A DNA stretch of 64,000 nucleotides from assembly GCA_964556925.1 (NCBI GenBank), contig CAZKXY010000001.1, forward strand, positions 2,790 through 66,789, written 5' to 3'. Shown here in pieces: positions 56,796-64,000 of this stretch. Source of the stretch: an uncultured Planctomycetales bacterium. Lineage in GTDB: Bacteria; Omnitrophota; Gorgyraeia; Aquiviventales; Aquiviventaceae. Position 1 is the stretch's first letter; the number at the start of each line of letters is the position of its first letter. Both the position numbers and the translations under genes were made by a program. Under the pieces are notes generated by a model. The model was not told the DNA's origin. It did no database searches and saw only the letters and a program-made list of their open reading frames with translations.

Positions 56796-57374
56796 ATGGA
56801 GCGGTTCTGGCACGCCTTCATCCCGCTGTTCGTCGCGTTTGACAGCGTCGGCATGCTGCCCCTCTATTGGGGCCTGGCGCACCGGCTCTCCCGCCGCGAG
56901 CGGCGGCGGGCGGTCGTCGAGGCGGTCGGCACGGCGCTGTGGGTCGCGGTCGGCTTCCTGCTCGTCAGCCGGTTCGTGTTCGCCCTCATGGGGCTTCAGC
57001 TGGCCGACGTCATGATCGCCGGCGGCGGCATCCTGCTCGTCATCTGCCTGCGGGACCTGCTGCTGCCGGAGTCGCTGCCGGAGGGGCATTATCCCAGCCC
57101 CGGCGTCGTGCCGCTGGGGGTGCCGCTCCTCTCCGGCCCGGCGGTTTTGACGACGCTGCTGTTGGTGCGGGACCAGCACGGCTGGGGGATGACGCTGCTC
57201 GCGCTGGCCGCGAACCTCGCGGTCATCTGGGCGGTGCTGCAGGCGGCCGACCGGCTCATGCGCCTGCTCGGCCAGCACGGCGCGGCGGTCATCTCGAAGA
57301 TCGCCAACCTGGTGCTGACCGCGTTCGGCGTCATGCTGATCCGCAAGGGGCTCACGCACGTCGTGGCACCGTGA
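56796..57374 (+). CDS. MarC-family membrane protein
   Basis: FIPLFVAFD..G, IAGGGILL, VPLGVPLLSGPA, KIANLVL. Confidence 0.9.
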   Translation: MERFWHAFIPLFVAFDSVGMLPLYWGLAHRLSRRERRRAVVEAVGTALWVAVGFLLVSRFVFALMGLQLADVMIAGGGILLVICLRDLLLPESLPEGHYPSPGVVPLGVPLLSGPAVLTTLLLVRDQHGWGMTLLALAANLAVIWAVLQAADRLMRLLGQHGAAVISKIANLVLTAFGVMLIRKGLTHVVAP

Positions 57375-58627
57375 TGCGCGGGATCCTCACCTTCATCATG
57401 GCGGGGGGCAAGGGGGAGCGGCTGCTGCCCCTGACGAAGGACCGCGCGAAGCCGGCGGTGCCGTTCGGCGGCGTCTACCGGATCATCGACTTTACGCTGT
57501 CGAACTGCATCAACTCCGGCATCCGGAAGATCCATGTGCTGATCCAGTACAAGTCGCACTCGCTGCAGCGCCATGTCATCATGGGCTGGAACATCTTCAA
57601 CAGCGAGCTGGGCGAGTACATCGACGTCATCCCCGCGCAGCAGCGCACCGGGGACTACTGGTACCGGGGCACCGCCGACGCGATCTACCAGAACATCAAC
57701 GCCATCGAGCACGAGCGGCCCGACCACGTGCTCGTGCTGGCCGGCGACCACGTCTACAAGATGAACTACGCGGACATGGCCGCGTTCCACAAGGCGCATG
57801 GCGCCGCGGTGACGGTCGGGGTCATCGAGATGGAGCGGGACCGGGCCGCGCAGGGCTTCGGCATCATCGAGGTGGACGCCGAGGGGCGGATCATCGGCTT
57901 CGAGGAGAAACCCCGGCAGCCGAAGACGATTCCGGACGACCCGACGCGCTGCTACGTCTCGATGGGGATCTACCTCTTCAACCGGCTCTTCCTGGAGGCC
58001 GCCTTGATCGAGGACGCCACGCGGGAGGACTCCACCCATGATTTCGGGCGCGATGTGATCCCGCGCGCGCAACAGGCGGTCAAGGTCATGGCGTACAACT
58101 TCAAGGACGAGAACAAGAAAGAGTCCAAGTACTGGCGGGACATCGGCACCCTCGACGCCTACTACGAGGCGAACATGGATCTGGTCCAGGTGACGCCGCA
58201 GTTCAACCTCTACGACCGCAGCTGGCCCATCCGGACCTACCACGAGCAGTGGCCGCCCACGAAGACGGTCTTTGCGGATGAAGGCACCGGGCGCATCGGG
58301 ACCATCCTGGATTCCCTGGTCTCGAACGGCTGCATCATCAGCGGCGGCCGGGTCGTGCGCAGCGTCCTGTCGCCCGACGTGCGGGTCAACAGCTTCGCCC
58401 ACGTGGAGGACGCGATCCTGATGGAGCATGTGGAGGTCGGCCGCTACGCGAAGATCCGGCGGGCGATCGTCGACAAGGATGTCGTGATCCCGCGCTACGC
58501 GGAGATCGGCTATCACCCGGAGGAGGACCGCCGCCGGTTCGTCGTCACGGAGTCCGGCATCGTCGTCGTGGCGAAGGGCACCGTGATCGAGGAGCCCCGG
58601 CCGGCCATCTCGCTCGTCGGGACATAG
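57374..58627 (+). CDS. glgC: Glucose-1-phosphate adenylyltransferase
   Basis: [58 protein letters not shown]. Confidence 0.97.
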   Translation: MRGILTFIMAGGKGERLLPLTKDRAKPAVPFGGVYRIIDFTLSNCINSGIRKIHVLIQYKSHSLQRHVIMGWNIFNSELGEYIDVIPAQQRTGDYWYRGTADAIYQNINAIEHERPDHVLVLAGDHVYKMNYADMAAFHKAHGAAVTVGVIEMERDRAAQGFGIIEVDAEGRIIGFEEKPRQPKTIPDDPTRCYVSMGIYLFNRLFLEAALIEDATREDSTHDFGRDVIPRAQQAVKVMAYNFKDENKKESKYWRDIGTLDAYYEANMDLVQVTPQFNLYDRSWPIRTYHEQWPPTKTVFADEGTGRIGTILDSLVSNGCIISGGRVVRSVLSPDVRVNSFAHVEDAILMEHVEVGRYAKIRRAIVDKDVVIPRYAEIGYHPEEDRRRFVVTESGIVVVAKGTVIEEPRPAISLVGT

Positions 58628-58635
58628 CGCGTTCC

Positions 58636-58663
58636 ATGTCACAGGTGACATGTCACATGTTAC
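58636..58663. repeat. Heptamer tandem (ATGTCAC-like)x4 at the thiG start
   Basis: atgtcac aggtgac atgtcac atgttac. Confidence 0.6.
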
Positions 58664-59463
58664 GAATTGGAGACAAGACGTTCGGCTCGCGGTTGATCGT
58701 CGGCACCGGCAAGTACGCGTCGTTCGCGCTGATGCGGGAGGCGATCGAGGCGTCCGGCGCCGAGATCGTCACCGTCGCGGTCCGCCGGCTGACCCTCGAG
58801 CGGCCCAACGAAGCGAGCCTCCTGGACTACCTGGACCGCTCCCGCATCACGCTGCTGCCGAACACCGCCGCCTGCTACACCGCGGAGGAGGCGATCCGCA
58901 CCGCCCGCTTGGGCCGCGAGGCCGGGCTGTCCCACCTCGTCAAGCTGGAGGTCATCGGCGACCCCAAGACGCTGCTGCCGGATACACCGGCGTTGTTGGA
59001 GGCGACCCGCGCGCTCGTCAAGGACGGCTTCCTCGTCATGCCGTATACCAACGATGACCCGATCATGGCCAAGAAGCTTGAGGAGGCGGGAGCCGCCTGC
59101 GTCATGCCGCTGGCTGCGCCGATCGGGTCAGGGCAAGGGGTGCTCAACCCGCTCAACATCCGGTTGATCCTCGAGGCGGTGTCGGTGCCGGTCATTGTGG
59201 ACGCCGGGGTCGGCACGGCGTCTGACGCGAGCGTCGCGATGGAGCTGGGCGCGGACGGGGTGCTCATGAACACCGCCATCGCCGCCGCGGCTGATCCGGT
59301 GAAGATGGCGCAGGCGATGCGCCTGGCCGTGGAGGCCGGCCGGCTCGCGTACGAGGCCGGCCGCATCCCGAAAAAACCCTACGCGAGCGCGTCCAGCCCA
59401 GCCGAAGGGGTCGTCGCGCCGCCTCCTGCCCGCGCCCCTGCGGGCGAGCCGCTGCGCCGCTGA
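58657..59463 (+). CDS. thiG: Thiazole synthase
   Basis: [44 protein letters not shown]; start 58657 or repeat-extended 58636. Confidence 0.97.
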   Translation: MLRIGDKTFGSRLIVGTGKYASFALMREAIEASGAEIVTVAVRRLTLERPNEASLLDYLDRSRITLLPNTAACYTAEEAIRTARLGREAGLSHLVKLEVIGDPKTLLPDTPALLEATRALVKDGFLVMPYTNDDPIMAKKLEEAGAACVMPLAAPIGSGQGVLNPLNIRLILEAVSVPVIVDAGVGTASDASVAMELGADGVLMNTAIAAAADPVKMAQAMRLAVEAGRLAYEAGRIPKKPYASASSPAEGVVAPPPARAPAGEPLRR

Positions 59464-59616
59464 TCCCCCCACCTGCCGTAGGCGGTGCCTGATGGTGAAG
59501 AGCGATGGATCACAACGACGAAGAGACGGTGGTGGCACCGCCGTGGCCGGCTTGGCGGATCGATGGGCCGGGGCCGGCCGGGGCCCGCGTTCGGCGGGCC
59601 CGCGGCAGCTGGTGGG

Positions 59617-62600
59617 ATGAGGGAGCCGGCGGTCCAGGAGCCGGAGCGCCGCGCGACGCCGCCAGCCGCGAGGCCGGCGACGGATGAGACGCGGACCATC
59701 CTCCGCAACGTCGCCGGCTGCTACTTCCTCTCGGGCGCCCTCGGCCTGATCTACCAGGTCCTGTGGTTGCGGAAGCTGCTCCTCGTGTTCGGCAGCACGG
59801 TGCACGCGGTCAGCACCGTGCTCACCGTCTTCTTCAGCGGGCTGGCGCTGGGCAGCTGGCTCTTCGGGCGGCTCATCGACCGCCGCCCGAGCGGATCCGG
59901 GCTGCGCTGGTACGCCATCCTGGAAGTCGGCGTGGGGCTGTATGCGTTTCTCACCCTGCCGCTCTTTGACTGGATCCGGCAGCTCTACATTCCGGCCTAT
60001 CAGGCCTCAGGGTTCTCGCAGGCGGCGCTCGTGAGCGCGTCGTTCGCCTGCGCGGCGCTGATCTTGCTCGTGCCGACCACGCTGATGGGCGGGACGTTCC
60101 CGGTGTTGAGCCGGTTCCTGATCCGCTCGGACCGGGAGCGGGGGGTGACGATCGCGAACCTGTATGCGATCAACACGGTCGGCGCTATGGCCGGCACGCT
60201 GGCGGTGTATTACGCGGGGCTGCCGGTGCTGGGCGTCTCGCGGACGCTCATCTGCGCCGGCGTGACGAATCTCGGCATCGGGCTGTTGTGCCTGGTGTTC
60301 GCCCGGCACCTGGAGAGCCTCGGGTTTCACGCGGCGGCGCCGGCCGCGGCCCGTGTCGGGGCGCCGGAGGCGTCCCCCCAGCCGGCGGGATCCGCCCAGG
60401 CGTCGGGATCCAGCCAGCCGGACCCCATCGTGCGCTGGCTGTTCGCCGCGTTTGCGCTGTCAGGATTCTCGGCGATGGCGTATGAAGTGGCATGGACCCG
60501 GGCGCTCAGCCTCGTACTGGGCAGCTCCATCTACGCGTTCTGCATCATGCTGGCGACGTTCCTGGGCGGCATCGCGCTCGGCAGCCTCTGGATGCGGCGG
60601 GATGTGCGCGCCGGGCGGGCGGGATTGGTCCAGTTCATCCAGCTGGAGGGCCTGCTGGGGCTCTACGGGCTGTTTTCGGTGTGGTTCCTGCCGCAGCTTC
60701 CGGATTGGTTCCTCTGGGCCTGGCCGATGACCGGCGGGTCGTTTGCCGGCCTGTCGGCGCTGCAGTGGGCGCTCAGCGTCGCGGCGATGCTCCTGCCGAC
60801 GCTCACGATGGGAATGCTCTTCGTGCTGGTCAGCGACTTCGTCACCGGAACGCCCGGCCGGTTGGGCCGCCGCCTGGGGACCGCCTACGCCGTCAACACC
60901 GTCGGTGGCATCATCGGCTCGTTCCTGAGCGGGTTCGTCCTGATCCCCTGGCTGGGGCTGCCGTGGGCGATCGTGGCGGCGGCGGTCGTCAACCTGCTCG
61001 CGGCGGGGCTGATCTACGTGCGCGCCGCGCACGCGCGCTCGCGGCCGCTGCGGCTGGGCCTGGCCGCGGCGTGCGTGGCGGCGGCGATCGGCGCCAGCGC
61101 CGTGGGGATCGTCCCGTCCTGGCGGCGCCAGGCGCTGACCGCCGGGGTGTACCTGTTTCCGGAGCTGTACCAGAACCGCTCGGTCGCCCAGATCACCGCG
61201 GGCACCAAGCTGCTCTACTATCGGGACAGCCTGAACGCGACGGTCAGCGTCCATCAAGACGAGAATGGCCTCTTTCTCAAAGTTGGCGGCAAGACCGATG
61301 CCTCGGATGGCATCGATATGGGGACCCAGGCGCTCTCGGCGCACCTGCCCCTGCTGCTCCATCGCGATCCGAAGCGCGTGCTCGTCATCGGGCTGGGCAG
61401 CGGCATCACGCTGGGCCACGCGGGGCGGTATCCGGTCGAGCGGCTCGATTGCGCGGAGATCGACCCCGCGGTGATCGAGGCGGCCCGGCTGTTTGCGGCG
61501 CACAACTTCCGCATCCATGACGATCCGCGGGTGCGGATTGCGCCGGCGGACGGGCGCAACTTTCTCCTCGCCAGTCGGGAGACGTACGACGTCATCATCT
61601 CCGAGCCCTCGAATCCCTGGATGGCGGGGTTGGGCTACCTCTTTACCAAGGAGTACTACGACTTGGCCAAGCAGCGGCTGGCGCCCGGCGGCGTGATGTG
61701 CCAGTGGGTGCAGCTCTACAAGATCTTCCCGGAAGACCTGAAGCTGCTGCTGCGGACGTTCCATGCGGCCTTTCCGTCCATGTCGGTCTGGTCCTCGCTG
61801 CCCGGCGATCTCCTGCTTGTCGGCTCGCAGGACCCGCTGCCGCTCACATACGAGTGGTTGGCGCAGCGGATGGCGCAGCCGGGCATTCGCGAGACGCTGG
61901 CACTCATCCAGGCGGAGCGGCCGGAGCTGCTCCTGCAGCTGTTGGTGCTCGGCGACCGGGAGGTCGAGGAGGTGACGGCGGACATGCCGTGGCTGCATGA
62001 AGATGACCTGCCCTGGCTTGAGTTCAATGCGCCGAAGGCCCTGTACGTGGCTCACACCATGACGGTCAATTATGAGGGCCTGATGCGGTTCCAGCGGCCG
62101 CCGAGCGAGACGGTCCCGGGCTATCCGAAAGATGTGGAGGATGCCGCGTTTTTCCACGCGATGGCCGACCTCTGGGAGTCCCGGCAGGACTGGGACAAGG
62201 CGTTGCAGTCGGCCCGTCGCGCGGTGGAGCGGGCTCCGGATGCCGCCGGGAGCTGGGTCCGGGTGGGCGAGCTGGCGGCGACGCTCAGGCGGGCGTGGGA
62301 GGCCGAAGAAGCGTTGAGCCGGGCGGTGGAGCTGGATCCGTCGAATGTCGCGCCGCACCGGTTGCTGGCCAAGCTGCTGGACTCGCAGAGGCGACACGAG
62401 GAGGCCCGACGGCACTACCGGGACGCGGCCATGTTGCGGCCGCCTGACGAGCGCTTCGCCGAGGAGTTGGCCACGTACCTGTTGCCGCGCCAGGAAGCCG
62501 CCTTGGCCGCCGAGTACGCGCGCTCGGCGGTGTCCCAGGGCGGCGGCGATCGCCTTTCAGCCGTGATGAGCTACGCGACCGCCTTGAAGCAAGTGCAGGA

Positions 62601-62904
62601 TTGGCCGGCGGCTGAACAGGTCATGCGGTTTGGCCTGGAGGCGTTTCCTGAAGAAGCCGCATGGCCGTTGTGGCTGGGCGAGGTCAGCGCGGCGCAGGGA
62701 CGGGACGAGGAGGCGGTAGCCTGGTTCCGGCAGGCGCTGGCGCGCGTCCCGACGGCCGCGGAGGCCTACTTCGGCTTGGGGCGGATTGCGGCCAGCCGGG
62801 GTCAGCCGCGCGAGGCCGCCAGGTATTTGCGGCGCGGCCTGCAGTACCGGCCGTACGAGCGCGAGATGCTCCAATTGTTGCTGCAGCTGCAGCGCACGCT
62901 CTGA
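59617..62904 (+). CDS. Fused MFS-like membrane domain / spermidine-synthase-like domain / TPR protein
   Basis: SG..GLIYQV.W.R, LYAINTVGA (duplicated TM halves); VLVIGLGSG, EIDP, DGRNFL, YDVIISEPSNPW; C-terminal TPRs; start uncertain (59485-59617). Confidence 0.85.
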   Translation: MREPAVQEPERRATPPAARPATDETRTILRNVAGCYFLSGALGLIYQVLWLRKLLLVFGSTVHAVSTVLTVFFSGLALGSWLFGRLIDRRPSGSGLRWYAILEVGVGLYAFLTLPLFDWIRQLYIPAYQASGFSQAALVSASFACAALILLVPTTLMGGTFPVLSRFLIRSDRERGVTIANLYAINTVGAMAGTLAVYYAGLPVLGVSRTLICAGVTNLGIGLLCLVFARHLESLGFHAAAPAAARVGAPEASPQPAGSAQASGSSQPDPIVRWLFAAFALSGFSAMAYEVAWTRALSLVLGSSIYAFCIMLATFLGGIALGSLWMRRDVRAGRAGLVQFIQLEGLLGLYGLFSVWFLPQLPDWFLWAWPMTGGSFAGLSALQWALSVAAMLLPTLTMGMLFVLVSDFVTGTPGRLGRRLGTAYAVNTVGGIIGSFLSGFVLIPWLGLPWAIVAAAVVNLLAAGLIYVRAAHARSRPLRLGLAAACVAAAIGASAVGIVPSWRRQALTAGVYLFPELYQNRSVAQITAGTKLLYYRDSLNATVSVHQDENGLFLKVGGKTDASDGIDMGTQALSAHLPLLLHRDPKRVLVIGLGSGITLGHAGRYPVERLDCAEIDPAVIEAARLFAAHNFRIHDDPRVRIAPADGRNFLLASRETYDVIISEPSNPWMAGLGYLFTKEYYDLAKQRLAPGGVMCQWVQLYKIFPEDLKLLLRTFHAAFPSMSVWSSLPGDLLLVGSQDPLPLTYEWLAQRMAQPGIRETLALIQAERPELLLQLLVLGDREVEEVTADMPWLHEDDLPWLEFNAPKALYVAHTMTVNYEGLMRFQRPPSETVPGYPKDVEDAAFFHAMADLWESRQDWDKALQSARRAVERAPDAAGSWVRVGELAATLRRAWEAEEALSRAVELDPSNVAPHRLLAKLLDSQRRHEEARRHYRDAAMLRPPDERFAEELATYLLPRQEAALAAEYARSAVSQGGGDRLSAVMSYATALKQVQDWPAAEQVMRFGLEAFPEEAAWPLWLGEVSAAQGRDEEAVAWFRQALARVPTAAEAYFGLGRIAASRGQPREAARYLRRGLQYRPYEREMLQLLLQLQRTL

Positions 62905-62911
62905 GGGACGC

Positions 62912-64000
62912 ATGGCACACCCGATGACGCAACGGACCGCACGACGAACCGCCACGCGGACATACCAGATCGCCGTGATTCCGGGCGATGGCACCGGGCC
63001 TGAGGTGATCGCCGAGGGACGCAAGGTGCTGGACGCGACCGCCCGCCAGCAGGGCTTCCGTCTCGAGTGGCGCCCCTATGACCTGGGCGGCGAGCGATAT
63101 CGGCGCACCGGCGAGACGCTGCCCGCCACGGTGCTGAAGGAGCTGCGGGAAGCGGACGCCATCTACCTGGGCGCGATCGGCCATCCCGACGTCAAGCCCG
63201 GGATCCTGGAGCAGGGGATTTTGCTCACGATTCGCTTCGAGCTGGACCAGTACATCAACCTGCGTCCGGTGAAGCTCTACCCCGGCGTGTGGACCCCGTT
63301 GAAGGACAAAGGGCCGGAGCACATCGACTTCGTCGTCGTGCGCGAGAACACCGAGGGGCTCTATGCCGGGGTCGGGGGCTTCCTGCGGAAAGGCACGCCC
63401 GAGGAGGTCGCGCTGCAGACGTCGGTCAACACCCGGCACGGGGTGGAGCGCTGCATCCGCTTCGCGTTCGAGCTGACCCGCCGGCGGGCCAAGGGCAAGA
63501 AGCTGACGCTGTGCGGCAAGACCAACGTGCTGACCTTCGCGCACGACCTCTGGCAGCGGGTGTTCAACGAGGTGGCCGCGGAGTACGCAGCTATCCAGAC
63601 CGACTACGCGCACGTTGACGCCTGCTGCATGTGGATGGTGAAGAACCCGGAGTGGTTTGACGTGATCGTCACCGACAACATGTTCGGGGACATCATCACG
63701 GATCTGGGCGCGATGATCCAGGGCGGCATGGGCATCGCCGCCGGCGGCAACCTCAACCCCGAGGGCGTGTCGATGTTCGAGCCGATCGGCGGTTCCGCCC
63801 CGAAGTACACCGGGAAGGGCGTGATCAATCCGCTGGCCGCGATCTGCGCCGGCGGGATGCTGCTGGATGCGCTCGGCGAGGCGCGGGCGGCGCAGGCGAT
63901 CGAGCAGGCCGTCATGCAGGTGACCGGCACCAAGCTCAAGAGCCTCGCCGCCGGCCAGATGGGCTTTTCGACGAGCGAGGTGGGTGATCTCGTCGTGCAA
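62912..64000 (+). CDS. leuB: 3-isopropylmalate dehydrogenase family, 3'-truncated by window edge (absent from ORF track)
   Basis: IAVIPGDGTGPEV, NLRPVK, VRENTEGLY, KTNVL, TDNMFGDIITD, SMFEPIGGSAP, INPLAAI. Confidence 0.88.
   Translation, partial: MAHPMTQRTARRTATRTYQIAVIPGDGTGPEVIAEGRKVLDATARQQGFRLEWRPYDLGGERYRRTGETLPATVLKELREADAIYLGAIGHPDVKPGILEQGILLTIRFELDQYINLRPVKLYPGVWTPLKDKGPEHIDFVVVRENTEGLYAGVGGFLRKGTPEEVALQTSVNTRHGVERCIRFAFELTRRRAKGKKLTLCGKTNVLTFAHDLWQRVFNEVAAEYAAIQTDYAHVDACCMWMVKNPEWFDVIVTDNMFGDIITDLGAMIQGGMGIAAGGNLNPEGVSMFEPIGGSAPKYTGKGVINPLAAICAGGMLLDALGEARAAQAIEQAVMQVTGTKLKSLAAGQMGFSTSEVGDLVVQ

Noticed and set aside
58628-58660. TPP riboswitch upstream of thiG
   Set aside because: The spacer is under 30 nt, is occupied by a heptamer repeat, and lacks the CTGAGA core.
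59617-62904. Membrane/spermidine-synthase/TPR fusion as a novel system
   Set aside because: This architecture is already widely annotated, although its function is unresolved.

Overview
High-GC bacterial chromosome segment with about 56 genes, all but one on the + strand and mostly joined by ATGA/TGATG-type stop-start overlaps. Positions 1-40.1 kb form one large surface-glycan/LPS locus. It carries two CMP-sugar synthetases, many GT2/GT4/GT9/GT-C transferases, a WecA fusion, two O-antigen-ligase-like proteins, an ABC flippase, SDR epimerases, a DegT aminotransferase, deacetylases, methyltransferases and an unexpected LarA-family racemase. Positions 40.5-64 kb are housekeeping genes: udg, priA, def-fmt, two galT paralogs, gap-pgk-tpi-secG, an opp/app ABC operon, marC, glgC, thiG, a membrane spermidine-synthase-like fusion and a partial leuB. 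I found no rRNA, tRNA, CRISPR array or transposase. The most unusual signal is at DNA level: a dense set of small non-autonomous palindromic elements. These include GGTGTCAGACACC and GTGCCAGGCAC double palindromes, MITE-like elements with terminal inverted repeats and target duplications (one nested three levels deep), and inverted heptamer arrays. They are repeatedly either translated inside real proteins or spanned by short 'bridge' ORFs that start at or just after the upstream stop codon and mostly end on the downstream start codon. Gene content and repeat style suggest a PVC-superphylum organism such as Omnitrophota (low-confidence inference, no search run). All product calls come from motif recognition by eye.
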